A stretch of 64,000 nt of DNA from an uncultured delta proteobacterium (GTDB lineage Bacteria; Myxococcota; Myxococcia; SLRQ01), in NCBI GenBank assembly GCA_963727485.1, contig CAVSGM010000011.1, positions 896,001 through 960,000 on the forward strand, in the 5' to 3' direction. This document shows, piece by piece, positions 23,506-33,964 of the stretch (positions are counted from its first letter, which is position 1; each line of letters begins with the position of its first letter). The position numbers and the translations under genes are program-made. The notes beneath the pieces were generated by a model. The model was not told the origin of the DNA and made no database searches. It saw only the letters and a program-made list of their open reading frames with translations.

Positions 23506-24610
23506 GTGCGCTGGGAAGGTCCGAGCAGAGAGAGCGAGAGGCAGCGCGTCGAGGCCGGAGCCGAACCCAGGGACGTGGGCCCGGCCGACGTGAGCGCCGA
23601 CGAGGCCTTCGGCGCCGAGATCCTGCCCAAGGTCTCCCGCACCTTCGCCCTGTCCATCGAGGCGTTGCCTGCCGGTCTCCAGGCCCCGGTGCGCGTGGCC
23701 TACCTCCTGTGCCGGATCGTCGACACCATCGAGGACGAGGCGGACCTCGACCCGGCGCGCCGCCAGCAGCTCTTCGATGCCTTCGACGACCAGACGCGCG
23801 ACGACCGCGCCGACCCGGCGGCCTTCGAGGCCACCGCCGCCGACCTGGGCAGGCCCGGGGCCGAGCGCCGGCTCTGCCGCGGCGCGGGGGCCGTGTTCCG
23901 CACCTTCCGGGGCCTGCCACCCGAGGTCCGCGAGGCCATGCGGCCCCACGTGCTGGAGATGTCCACCGGCATGCGTGAGTACGCCGCGCGCGCCGACGCC
24001 GAGGGCGCGCTGCGCATCCGCGACCTCGAGGACCTGGAGCGCTACTGCTACTTCGTCGCCGGGACCGTGGGGAACCTCCTGACGGCCCTCTTCGAGCAGG
24101 CGGTGCCGGGCGCGCCGCCCGAGACCGTGGCGGTCGCGCGAGAGAACACCGTGGGCTTCGGTCTCGGGCTCCAGCTGGTGAACATCGTCAAGGACGTCGC
24201 CACCGACCTCGAGCGCGGGGTCTGCTTCCTGCCGGAGACGCTGCTCGAGCGACACGGCGTCCGCCCCGAGCAGCTCCTCGACCCCCAGGCGCGCGACCGG
24301 GGGCTCGCGGTGGTCCACGCGGTGACCGGGCGTGCGCGCGAGCACCTGGCGCAGGCCCGGGTCTACACCCTCGCCTGGCCGGTCCCCGAGGGCCTCGACC
24401 TGCGGCTCTTCTGCGCGGTCCCCCTGGCGCTGGCGCTGGCGACCCTCTCGGAGGTCGAGCGGGGCACCGGGGTGCTGCGCCCCGGCGTCACGCCCAAGGT
24501 CGATTCGGGCCACCGTCGCCCAGGTGCTCCAGGCCGCGCGCCTCGCGGTGACCGACGACAGGTCGCTCGAGGACCTCTTCGCGCGGGTCGACGGCTCGGC
24601 CAGCGTCTGA
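23506..24610 (+). CDS. Squalene/phytoene synthase family, FDFT1-like (frameshift ~24504)
   Basis: LPKVSRTFALSI, YLLCRIVDTIEDE, YCYFVAGTVG, GLGLQLVNIVKD..DLERG. Confidence 0.88.
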
Positions 24611-24849
24611 CCCCTCCCCGGGCAGGTCCCGGGCAGGGCTTCGTCGGGGGGGGGGGCCGAGGCGCTGGGATGGGGGGTGGACCTGGGCGCCCCGGCCGGG
24701 CATCTCCTCGAGGGTGGCTGCGTCGCGACCACCGCACCGAGCCGTGGGTGGGTGAGGCGGTCCGAAGGCTCGAGGACGCAGACCTCCGTCGTGCCGTCGC
24801 CGAGGGACGTGCTCTCCATGCGGCCCTTCGAGCCGGGCACCAGACCGGG

Positions 24850-25743
24850 TCAGGCCGCGTCCCGAGCCTGGCTGGCCACCGCCGGCGCCTCCACCGCCAC
24901 CGGCCGCTGGTGGAGCCCGGTGAGCCGGCGCATCAGGGCGTCGGCGAGGCGGGTGGGCAGGCTCCGGACCACGGAGACGATGAGCCGGGCGCTGAAGGGC
25001 ACCAGGTACCGGGCCCGGGGGCGGCGGCGGACGATGGCCTTCTCGATGGCCCGGCTGACCACGAGGGGTCCCGCGGCGGTGCGGTCGACCATGTTCTGGA
25101 GCTCCTCGGCCTTGGCGAGGTAGGGGGCGTAGGGGCCGGGGGCCGCCTGGACGGCCTCGGTGGTGGCCATGGCGGTGGCGGAGAACTGGGACTCGACGGC
25201 CCCGGGCTCGATGAGGACCACGCGGATCCCGAAGGGCGCGAGCTCGTAGCGCAGGGCGTCGGAGAGGGCCTCCACCGCGTACTTGGTGGCGTGGTAGGCG
25301 CCGAGGAACGGGAAGGTGATGCGCCCACCCATGCTGCCCACGTTGACCACGCGGCCGGCGCCCCGCTCGCGCATCTCGGGCACGAAGGCCTGGGTGACGG
25401 CGATGAGGCCGAAGACGTTGGTCTCGAACTGGGCCCGGAGGTCGTCGGCGTCGAGCTTCTCCACCGGCCCGGCGAGGCCGTAGCCGGCGTTGTTCACCAG
25501 GGCGTCGATGCCGCGGCCGCCGGTGAGCGCCAGGACCTCCTTGCGAGCGGCGGCGATGGACGCGGCGTCGGTGACGTCGAGGCGCACCGTGTGGACCGTG
25601 CCGGTGGCCTCGGCGCGGAGGCGCTCGAGGGCGTGCTCCCGGCGGCCGGTGGCGATGACCGTGTGGCCGCGGGCGGCGAGGTGGAGGGCGGCGTGGCGGC
25701 CGATGCCGGAGGTGGCGCCGGTGATGAGGACGGTGCGGGGCAT
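24850..25743 (-). CDS. Short-chain dehydrogenase/reductase
   Basis: TGATSGIG, NNAG, YHATK, IEPG. Confidence 0.95.
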   Translation of the reverse strand: MPRTVLITGATSGIGRHAALHLAARGHTVIATGRREHALERLRAEATGTVHTVRLDVTDAASIAAARKEVLALTGGRGIDALVNNAGYGLAGPVEKLDADDLRAQFETNVFGLIAVTQAFVPEMRERGAGRVVNVGSMGGRITFPFLGAYHATKYAVEALSDALRYELAPFGIRVVLIEPGAVESQFSATAMATTEAVQAAPGPYAPYLAKAEELQNMVDRTAAGPLVVSRAIEKAIVRRRPRARYLVPFSARLIVSVVRSLPTRLADALMRRLTGLHQRPVAVEAPAVASQARDAA

Positions 25744-25782
25744 GGGGTGCTCCTGGGGGGAGTGGGGTTCTCTGGAATGATT

Positions 25783-25800
25783 GGAATGAACATTCATTCC
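25783..25800. promoter_or_regulatory. TetR operator upstream of the SDR gene
   Basis: Perfect inverted repeat GGAATGAA-CA-TTCATTCC, with an extra half-site GGAATGA at 25774. Confidence 0.75.
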
Positions 25801-25841
25801 GTTTCTGGACACACGAACACGGATGAAGTGGGGTGGGGCGC

Positions 25842-26435
25842 CTAGAGGCGGATGGCCTCCCAGGCGCAGGCCTCGGCGTCCTCGAGGACCTCCGGGGTCA
25901 GCTCGAAGCGCCCGCGCCAGGCCTCGCGGATGAGGCCCACGATGGCGCCCCACACCAGGGCGACCAGGACCGGCGCCGCCACCGGCTTGACCAGCTCGGC
26001 CTCCTGGGCCGACGCCACGAAGGCGTAGATGGGGCCCAGCAGCCGGTTCTCCATGTCCCGGCTGGCGTCGTCGAGGTAGGGGGTGTGGTGGTGGAGCTCC
26101 ATGAAGGCCACGGCCTCCGGGTGCTCGATGGCGAAGTCCACGATCTTGTGGAACATCTTCCGGAAGCGGGCCCGGGGCGCCAGCGCCACCGCCATGTCGT
26201 CGAGGAGCACCTGGGCCAGGCGGCGCTTCCAGTGCTGGTAGGCCGCGTTGACCAGCGCCTCCTTGGAGTCGAAGTACCGGTAGATGGTGCCGGTGCCCAC
26301 GTGGGCACGTTTGGCGACCAGGGGGACCGCCGTGCCGTGGAAGCCCCGCTCGGCGAAGAGGGCCACCGCCGCGTCGAGGATGGCCTCGCGCTTGTCGGCG
26401 GTGGGGTCGCGGCGGAGGGCATCGAGGGGGCACAT
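25842..26435 (-). CDS. TetR/AcrR family regulator
   Basis: AILDAAVALFAERGFHGT..VAKRAHVGTGTIYRYFDSKEAL. Confidence 0.95.
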   Translation of the reverse strand: MCPLDALRRDPTADKREAILDAAVALFAERGFHGTAVPLVAKRAHVGTGTIYRYFDSKEALVNAAYQHWKRRLAQVLLDDMAVALAPRARFRKMFHKIVDFAIEHPEAVAFMELHHHTPYLDDASRDMENRLLGPIYAFVASAQEAELVKPVAAPVLVALVWGAIVGLIREAWRGRFELTPEVLEDAEACAWEAIRL

Positions 26436-26479
26436 GGGGGAAGGTCTCCGGTCTCGCCTGGAGGCTGGCGCCCTCAAGC

Positions 26480-26524
26480 GGAATGAACGTTCATTTCTAT
26501 ACGGCCCCCGACCGACGATGTCAA
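26480..26524 (-). promoter_or_regulatory. tetR promoter with overlapping autoregulatory operator
   Basis: Minus-strand TTGACA (26519-26524), 17-bp spacer, TATAGA (26496-26501); operator GGAATGAA-CG-TTCATTTC 26480-26497. Confidence 0.72.
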
Positions 26525-26548
26525 ACGGCGCCCGGGGAGGACGGACGG

Positions 26549-26585
26549 AAAACGGGCCGGCGGGTCACCAGGACCCACCGGCCCG
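26549..26585 (-). terminator. Intrinsic terminator downstream of the GH44 gene
   Basis: CGGGCCGG(C)GGGTC-loop-GACCC(A)CCGGCCCG stem followed by TTTT on the minus strand. Confidence 0.6.
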
Positions 26586-26630
26586 CAGCGTCCGCCCGGA
26601 GAAGGGGGCGGGCGGACGACCCGAGCCAGG

Positions 26631-29624
26631 CTAGGGCGTGAGCACGAAGGTGGTGATGCTCTGGGCCGGCAGGCTGGCCACGAAGGCGTTGGTCGCCGTG
26701 AGGCTCGGCGCCGCCACCGAGGTCGGGTTCGCGTTCCCCGCCGTGATCCGCCAGGCCGCGACCTGGCCGTAGGTCGTGGTCCCGGTCACCTGGATCCCGG
26801 CGTTGAGCGCAGCGCTCCCGCGGTTGATGGCCACCACCACCATGCGCGTCGGATCCTGGCTGTCGACGCTGGCGAAGACCGCGGTGTCCGGCACGTCGTC
26901 GGTGTCGGCGTGGACCGAGGTGTCGCCGAAGGCGCCGTCGTTCCCGTCGAAGTTCCGGAACGCCTTGAAGGCCCCGTCGATGAAGCTGTCGTTGGTGCTC
27001 CCCAGGTGCCAGAGGTTCGAGGCGAACACGTTCTCCCGGCCGAGGACCCCGAGGAACGCCGCCTCGGCGATGGCCCCGGAGATGTCGGCACCGCCGCCGT
27101 AGTAGTACTCGCTGAACGAGAGGCGCATCCCCGGGTCGTGGGCGTCGATCTTCGCCTGGAGCCGGGGCAGCAGGTCGATGGCCTGGCCGCCGAGGCTCTG
27201 GGTGATCCAGCTGTTCTCGACGTAGGTCGGATCCCAGAGCGACCGCGGCGCCTGCTCCCGGGCCGCGGCGATGGCCGCCGACGCCGAGTCGCTGGTGATC
27301 CGGGTGCCGCCGCCGGTGGCCTCGGGGTACCAGTGGAGGTCCAGGACGTCCACGAGGCGCCGGCCCTGCTGCTGCTCGGCGGCGTGGACCGAGTCCAGGT
27401 AGAAGTTCAGGAAGTCCCGGCCGCCCGCGTCGGAGGCGTTCTGGAGGTTGACGTAGCCGGCCCACCCGTAGCTCGCCGGCCCGAAGACCTTGGCGTCCGG
27501 GGCCACGTCCTTGATGGCCGAGGCGTAGTCCACCGTCTTCTTCAGGAGCTCCGAGTAGGTCACCGGGTTCGGGTGGATACGCGGATGGGTGTAGGCCCAA
27601 AGGTCCGGCTCGTTGTCGAGGGAGTAGAAGATCTCCTGGGTCGGGTCGCTGTGGGCGCCGGGGAAGGTCTGCTCCAGCCAGGCTACGAACTCGTCCTGGT
27701 AGACCGTGCCGTCGGTGAGGTCCGGCGGGTAGACGAAGGGCGCGTTCTTCCGGGGCACGCTCACGTCGAAGCGCGTCTGGAGGTAGTTCGAGCCCGAGTT
27801 CGCCACGTCCCCGCCGGGGGACTTGTCCGCGGCCACGTAGCCGGTCATGGGCACGGTGACGATCATCGAGACCCCGTCGGCGTGGGCCGAGGCGACGCGG
27901 GTGCTCACCGCCCCACCGGGGGTGCTGCCGCCGCCGAGATAGCCGTCGTTCTCGTTGAGGTAGTCGGTACCCGCGTTGGAGGCGTTGTTCTCCCAGTTGT
28001 ACGCCGACCACCGGTTCCCGCCGGCCCGGCCCAGGGCCAGGTTCATGGGGTTCGAGGACCAGTTGTTCTCGTTGACGCCGTAGATGTACGGGGAGATTGG
28101 GTGCACGTCCCGGGTGGTGTCGATGCTGAAGTGGACGTCGCTCGCACCCGGGTTCCCGGGGGTGACCGTGCCGCCCGTACCGCCGGTGGTGGTGCCGCCG
28201 TCGGTCGTCCCGCCGGTGGTCGTGCCGCCATCGGTCGTCCCGCCGGTGGTCGTGCCGCCGTCGGTCGTCCCGCCGGTGGTCGTGCCGCCATCGGTCGTCC
28301 CGCCGGTGGTCGTGCCGCCATCGGTCGTCCCGCCGGTGGTGCCGCCATCGGTCGTCCCGCCGGTGGTGCCGCCGCCGGTGCCGCCGAGGAGGCTCACGTC
28401 GTCGACGTAGAGGTCACCCTGGGTGCCGCCGGTCGCGGCCTGGAGCCACAAGCCCGTGAGCGTCCCGGAGGTGACGCCGAGGTCGGCGAAGGGCACCTGG
28501 ACCTCGACCCAGCCGTTGGCGGGAATGACGCCGCCGGGGACGAAGGACGCCAGCGGCGCCCGGCCCACGGCGCTGCCGCCCTTCACCGCGACCACGTCGA
28601 CGAGCTGCCCGCCGCTGGTGCCGCCGTCGATCCAGAGGTCCAGGACGGGGTAGGTCGCGACGTCGAAGCCCGTGTCGCGGTGGAGGTAGAGGCCCGCCCA
28701 GCCGCTCGGCGAGAAGCCGATGCCGTCCTGGCCGCCGTGGACCACGGCGGTCTCGGCCAGGTTCCGGGTGGCCCAGCTCCAGTCGGCGAAGCCGTTCTCC
28801 AGCTTGTCGTCGTAGACGTTGAGGGTCGCGGTGGTGCCGCCGGTCGAGCCGCCGGTGCCGCCCGCGGTGCCACCATCGGTCGTGCCCCCGGAGGTGCCGC
28901 CGCCGGTGCCACCGCCCGAGGTGCCGCCCCCGGTCGTCCCGCCGTCGGTGGCGCCGCCGGTGCCGCCGCCACCACCGGACGCGCCGCCCACCGGTACCAG
29001 GGCGAGGTCATCGAGGTACATCGTCGGCTGGTTCCCGCCGGAGGCGTCCTGGAGCCACACCGAGTCGAAGGTCCCCGAGCTCACCCCGAGCGCCGCGAAG
29101 GTCACGTGGGCAAAGGACCAGCAGCCCATCGCGGGCCCGCCCCCGGGGAGGAAGTCGGAGAGCGGCGCCCGGCCGATGGGCTGGCTGTTCTTCACCAGCA
29201 CCACATCGACGCGCTGGCCGCCGCTCACCCCGCCGTCGACCCAGAGGTCGAGGCCGTCGTAGTCGGCGACGTTCAGGGTCTGGCCGCCGTGGAGGTAGAG
29301 GCCGTTCCAGTTGTCGGCCTCGAAGGAGATGGACCGCAGGCCGCCGTGGACGATGTTGGTCTCGGTGAGGCTGTGGGTCGCCCAGCTCCAGTCCTGGAAC
29401 CCGTTCATCAGGGCGTCGCCGTAGATCGCCAGGCCGCCGGACGACGGCGTGGCGCCGCCGGTGCCGCAGGTGCCGACCGTCCCGAGGACCGAACGGCGGC
29501 TCTGGGAAGCGGTGACGGCGGCGTTACCGCCGGAGGTGGAAAAGATGCCCGAAACCGGGCCACAGGCGCTGACTGCGAGGACGCAGAGCACACCAAGGGT
29601 ACAGAGCACGTTGCGCGAAGCCAC
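26631..29624 (-). CDS. Lipoprotein GH44-type endoglucanase/xyloglucanase with two CBM-like domains and Gly/Thr linkers
   Basis: ISPYIYGVN, RAGGNRWSAYNWENNASNAG, LDNEPDLW, LDLHWYPE, SEYYYGGG; two Y.D.L.NGF.DWSWAT repeats; AVSAC lipobox; GAGGAG RBS before GTG 29624. Confidence 0.88.
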   Translation of the reverse strand: MASRNVLCTLGVLCVLAVSACGPVSGIFSTSGGNAAVTASQSRRSVLGTVGTCGTGGATPSSGGLAIYGDALMNGFQDWSWATHSLTETNIVHGGLRSISFEADNWNGLYLHGGQTLNVADYDGLDLWVDGGVSGGQRVDVVLVKNSQPIGRAPLSDFLPGGGPAMGCWSFAHVTFAALGVSSGTFDSVWLQDASGGNQPTMYLDDLALVPVGGASGGGGGTGGATDGGTTGGGTSGGGTGGGTSGGTTDGGTAGGTGGSTGGTTATLNVYDDKLENGFADWSWATRNLAETAVVHGGQDGIGFSPSGWAGLYLHRDTGFDVATYPVLDLWIDGGTSGGQLVDVVAVKGGSAVGRAPLASFVPGGVIPANGWVEVQVPFADLGVTSGTLTGLWLQAATGGTQGDLYVDDVSLLGGTGGGTTGGTTDGGTTGGTTDGGTTTGGTTDGGTTTGGTTDGGTTTGGTTDGGTTTGGTTDGGTTTGGTGGTVTPGNPGASDVHFSIDTTRDVHPISPYIYGVNENNWSSNPMNLALGRAGGNRWSAYNWENNASNAGTDYLNENDGYLGGGSTPGGAVSTRVASAHADGVSMIVTVPMTGYVAADKSPGGDVANSGSNYLQTRFDVSVPRKNAPFVYPPDLTDGTVYQDEFVAWLEQTFPGAHSDPTQEIFYSLDNEPDLWAYTHPRIHPNPVTYSELLKKTVDYASAIKDVAPDAKVFGPASYGWAGYVNLQNASDAGGRDFLNFYLDSVHAAEQQQGRRLVDVLDLHWYPEATGGGTRITSDSASAAIAAAREQAPRSLWDPTYVENSWITQSLGGQAIDLLPRLQAKIDAHDPGMRLSFSEYYYGGGADISGAIAEAAFLGVLGRENVFASNLWHLGSTNDSFIDGAFKAFRNFDGNDGAFGDTSVHADTDDVPDTAVFASVDSQDPTRMVVVAINRGSAALNAGIQVTGTTTYGQVAAWRITAGNANPTSVAAPSLTATNAFVASLPAQSITTFVLTP
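28180..28374. repeat. 30-bp coding tandem repeat (DGGTTTGGTT linker)
   Basis: TCGGTCGTCCCGCCGGTGGTCGTGCCGCC[A/G] x4 at 28201-28320, two 27-bp variants and a partial copy. Confidence 0.95.
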
Positions 29625-29895
29625 GATGCTACTCCTCGTGCGAGGGGGGTCGGAAGCCCGGCGCGCGTTGTGGATGGGGGGAGGCGGCGCCGAGGTGCCG
29701 ACGTCAGATCGGTCCGATGAGCCAACGTACCGGAGGGATCGTCTGGCGCCTTGCCATGACTGCGCACGGTAGCGGTGCGCGCACCGCGAGCGCAATTGGG
29801 TGTCGTGACCCTGAAGTCACGAGTGCGCGGCAGACGCAGAGGCGCCTACCTGCGCGGTGGATGTCGCCTTACACGGCGACGTCGCGCCAGCCCGA

Positions 29896-30300
29896 CTAGA
29901 CCGAGAACGACGAGCCGCAGCCGCAGCTGCGCTTGGCGTTCGGGTTGTGGAACTGGAAGCTCGAGCCCATCAGGCTGGTCTCCCAGTCGAGCTCGGTCCC
30001 CGCGAGGAACTTCAGCGACCGGTTGTCCACGATGACCTTGGCGCCGTGGGCCTCGACCACGAGGTCCTTCCCCTCGCGCACCGAGCCGTCCTTGGCCATC
30101 TCCATGAAGTAGCTGTACCCCGAGCACCCGCCGCCGCGGACGCCGACCCGCAGGCCGACCATGGGCTCGTCGCTCATGGCGATGAGCGACTGGATCTTGG
30201 CGGCGGCGTCCTCGGTGAAGGAGAACGGCGTCGCCGGCGCGTCCGCATCGGTGGCGGTGGCGTCGGCGGGCGAAGGCTGGATGTCCTGGGTGTCGCTCAC
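29896..30300 (-). CDS. iscA: HesB/IscA/ErpA A-type Fe-S carrier
   Basis: LRVGVRGGGCSGYSY, NPNAKRSCGCGSSF. Confidence 0.92.
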   Translation of the reverse strand: MSDTQDIQPSPADATATDADAPATPFSFTEDAAAKIQSLIAMSDEPMVGLRVGVRGGGCSGYSYFMEMAKDGSVREGKDLVVEAHGAKVIVDNRSLKFLAGTELDWETSLMGSSFQFHNPNAKRSCGCGSSFSV

Positions 30301-30330
30301 GGTGGGCCCATTGTAGGGGCGTCGGAAAAC

Positions 30331-31518
30331 CTATGCCAGCCCGTACCGGGTGGACCGCGCCCGCACCGTCGCCACCGCGTCGACCACCATCCGCCCCACC
30401 GCCTCGACCTCGTCGTCGGTGGTGCCCCGGCCCAGCCCGAAGCGAAGCGACGCGGTGACCAGCTCGTCGGGGAGCCCGAGGGCCCGGAGCACGTGGGAGG
30501 GCTCGGGGGTCGCCGAGGTGCACGCCGAGCCGGCGGACACCGCCACCCCGCGCAGGGCCAGGATCAGCGCCTCGGCGTCGGTGCGCTCGAAGGCGAGGTT
30601 CAGGTTCCCCGGGAGCCGGTGGGTGAGCGACCCGTTCACCCGCACCCCCTCGACGCCCGCCTGGATCACCGCCAGGAGCCGGTCGCGCTGGCGGGTGAGC
30701 CGCGCGGCCTCGGTCTCCCGCGCCGCGGCGGCGAGGTCACAGGCGACCCCGAAGCCCACGATGAGCGGCACCGGGAGCGTCCCCGACCGCCGGCCCCGCT
30801 CGTGCCCCCCGCCGTGCATCTGGATCGCCAGGCGCACCCGCGGCCCCCGCCGGCGCACGTAGAGGGCCCCCACGCCCTTGGGCCCGTAGAGCTTGTGGGC
30901 GCTCACCGACGCCAGGTCCACCCGCATCGCCTCCACGTCGAAGGGCACCTTCCCGGCGCTCTGCACCGCGTCGGTGTGCAGGTAGACCCCCCGGGCCCGG
31001 CAGGCGGCGCCGATGGCGGCGAGGTCGGTCACCGTGCCGATCTCGTTGTTGGCGTGCATCACCGAGACCAGGGCGGTGTCGTCGCGGATCGCCGCCGCGA
31101 CCGCCTCGGGGTCGACCCGGCCGTCGCCGCCCACCGGCAGCCAGGTCACCTCGGCCTTCCCGGTGGCCTCGAGGTACCGGGCCGTGTCCCTTACCGAGGC
31201 GTGCTCGGTCACCGCGGTCACCAGGTGCCGCTTGCCGAGGGCCGCCATCGCCTCCAGGACCCCCTTGAGGGCCAGGTTGTTGGCCTCGGTGGCCCCGCTG
31301 GTGAACACCAGCTCCCGGGGCGACGCCGCCCCCACCAGGGCCGCCACCTGCCTGCGGGCCGCCTCCACCGCCTCCTCGGCGTCCCACCCGTAGCGGTGGG
31401 TCCGGCTGGCGGCGTTGCCGAAGCGCTCGGCAAACCAGGGCACCATGGCCGCCACCACCCGCGCGTCGCAGGGCGTGGTGGCCTGATGGTCCATATAGAT
31501 AGGAAGGTCCGCGGCCAT
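30331..31518 (-). CDS. iscS: Cysteine desulfurase, IscS/NifS type
   Basis: [38 protein letters not shown]. Confidence 0.95.
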   Translation of the reverse strand: MAADLPIYMDHQATTPCDARVVAAMVPWFAERFGNAASRTHRYGWDAEEAVEAARRQVAALVGAASPRELVFTSGATEANNLALKGVLEAMAALGKRHLVTAVTEHASVRDTARYLEATGKAEVTWLPVGGDGRVDPEAVAAAIRDDTALVSVMHANNEIGTVTDLAAIGAACRARGVYLHTDAVQSAGKVPFDVEAMRVDLASVSAHKLYGPKGVGALYVRRRGPRVRLAIQMHGGGHERGRRSGTLPVPLIVGFGVACDLAAAARETEAARLTRQRDRLLAVIQAGVEGVRVNGSLTHRLPGNLNLAFERTDAEALILALRGVAVSAGSACTSATPEPSHVLRALGLPDELVTASLRFGLGRGTTDDEVEAVGRMVVDAVATVRARSTRYGLA

Positions 31519-31610
31519 GTAACCGGGACAATGTGGCGGCCGAAGCGGAATCTTGCAATCCGCCGGGCGTTCCAGGTACCAGCAACCAGCCCCTCCACCG
31601 CAGGCGACCC

Positions 31611-32959
31611 ATGCGCAAGACAGCCCTCGTGATCCTCGGTGCCGTCCTCGTCTTCCTCGGCATCGTCTACGTCCCCCACCTCGTCGGCGGCACCGGCCCC
31701 ACCGGCGCCGGCCTCGACTTCCAGGCGGCCATCGCCAAGAGCCTGCCGCTGGCCCTCGGCGTGGTGTTCGTGGGCGGGATCCTCACCAGCCTCACCCCCT
31801 GCGTCTACCCGCTCATCCCCATCACCGTGAGCATCTTCGGGGCGCGCCAGGGCGTCAGCCGCCTCAAGGGCGCCGCCCTCTCCAGCGTCTACGTCCTGGG
31901 GATGGCGGTGATGTACACGGGCCTGGGCATCGGCGCGGCGCTCACCGGCAAGGCCTTCGGCCACGTGATGGCCAACCCCTGGGTCATCGGCACGGTGGCC
32001 GGGGTGTTCATCCTCTTCGGCATCTCCATGCTCGGGGCCTTCGAGCTCAACGTCCCCACGGGCCTCCAGACCCGCCTCTCCCAGGTGGGCGGCGAGGGGT
32101 GGGGCGGGGCGTTCGCCATGGGCCTGGTCTCCGGCGTCGTCGCCGCGCCCTGCACCGGCCCCATCCTCGGCGGCGTGCTCACCTACGTGGCCACCACCCA
32201 GAACGTGGTCCTGGGCGGGGCGCTGCTCTTCACCTTCTCCATCGGCATGGGGCTGCTCTTCTTCGTCATCGGCACCTTCGCCGTGAGCCTCCCCAAGAGC
32301 GGCAACTGGATGGACGCGGTGAAGAGCGTCCTCGCCGTGGTGATGTTCGTGGTCGCCCTCTACTTCCTCAAGGACGTCATCCCGCCCCTCAAGGAGGTCC
32401 TGGTCGCCGCCCCCTGGGTCGCCTGGGTCACCGCCGCCCTCGCCGCCGCGGGCATCCTCATCGGCGCGATCCACTTCACCTACCACGACCCCATGGGCAA
32501 GCGGGTCCTCAAGACCGCGGGCCTGGTGCTCCTCACCGGCGCGCTCTTCTACCGGGTCGGGGGCCTCACCGTGGTCGAGGCCAAGGCGCCCCGCCGCCGG
32601 GAGGCGTGCACGTGGCCTGGCTCCACACCTACGAGAAGGCCGTGGCCGAGGCCCAGGCGGAGCACAAGCCGCTGATGCTCGACTTCAGCGCCGACTGGTG
32701 CACCGCCTGCAAGGAGCTGGCGAAGGTCACCTACACCGACCCCAAGGTCGAGCAGGGCCTCCAGCGCTTCGTCGCCGCCCAGATCGACCTCTCCGACGAC
32801 GACAGCCCCGAGTACAAGAAGCTCCAGGCGAAGTACCACTTCCCCGGGCTCCCCTACGTGGTCTTCGTGGACTCCAAGGGCGAGCGCCGGGAGGACCTCA
32901 CGGTCACCGGGTTCCTGCCGCCCAAGGACTTCCTCAAGCGGATGAAGCAGGTCGACTAG
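31611..32959 (+). CDS. dsbD: DsbD-type thiol:disulfide interchange protein (TM plus thioredoxin domain; frameshift ~32590 in a C-run)
   Basis: [26 protein letters not shown], then [10 protein letters not shown] in the next frame. Confidence 0.85.
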
Positions 32960-33003
32960 GGCCGCCCGCCGCCCGTCTCGCGGGACGGCGGCCCCCCCCG
33001 GCG

Positions 33004-33895
33004 TCAGTTCGGCGCGTTGTGGTACTGGCCGGTGGTCAGGAACCACTGCTGCTCGCCGGCGGTCCCCGAGGCGGTGCTGGTCTGGAGGTTCACGTGGTAG
33101 TGGTAGACCGGCGTCGACGGGCTGTCGGTGGTGACCCCCGTGTGCCCCCCGCTGGCGTCGAGCGATGAGGGCACGGTGCCGTCCGGGTCGCGCCGGCCGT
33201 AGACCGGGTTGCCGTCCCGGAGCACGCCCACGAAGCGGTCGTCGTCGTGGGTGATGGCCCAGGGCTCCCCGTGGTAGTGGTACACGCCCTGCTGCTGGGG
33301 GTGACCCTGGCACTGGTCGAAGGAGCTCGCCTCCTTGAAGATGTCGTCCCCCGGTGCCGCCTGGTCGTCGAAGATGGCCACGCCGTTGACCGCCATCCCC
33401 ACCGGCCCGAGGCGCATCGCCTGCCCGCTGCCCGAGGGCACGAGGGGTACGGTGAGCACGAAGCTCTGGGCGGCGATGGTGTTGGGGTCGGGGAAGCTCG
33501 GGGTGTAGTCGTTGTGGCAGGGGTCGCTGCTCGAGAAGTAGGTACTCTTGTAGTCGGGCTCGCCGTCGGAGGTGAGCTTCACGTACTTGGTACCGCCCTG
33601 GTCCACCACGGTGAGGGTCACCCGGCAGGAGAACTTCAGCCAGAAGCCCGAGAGGCCCTGGGCCGTCCGGTCCGACTGGCAGGCGGAGGTGTCCCGGTCG
33701 AGGAGGGCGCAGCCACCGTTCACCTCGCCGGTGGGCATGGTGTTCGCGGTGAGGTCGCAGCTCCCGCCGCTGCCCCCGTCGGCGCCGGTCGTGCCGCCGG
33801 CGCCGCCGTCGGTGGAGGTGTCGGTGGGGGCTCCCGCAGGCGGCCACGGTGAGCAGCCCCGCGAGGAGGAGGAGGACTGGGGAGTGGGTTCGCAT
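33004..33895 (-). CDS. YHYH-domain lipoprotein (frameshift ~33830 in a homopolymer)
   Basis: GMAVNGV, DQCQGHP, YHYH twice, DGNPVYG; LTVAAC lipobox in the upstream frame. Confidence 0.85.
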
Positions 33896-33964
33896 GGTCC
33901 CACGCTACCGGCCCGCCCTGAAGGGGATCTGAAGCGCGGTCACCCCCTCGCGCGCCGACGCGCC

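Noticed and set aside
24611..24849. Short coding-like stretch (MESTSLGDG..) and G-tracts between convergent genes
   Set aside because: No recognisable product; G-runs are unreliable in this sequence and common at this GC.
28180..28374. Possible CRISPR array
   Set aside because: Repeats are contiguous with no spacers, in frame within the GH44 linker; no cas genes.
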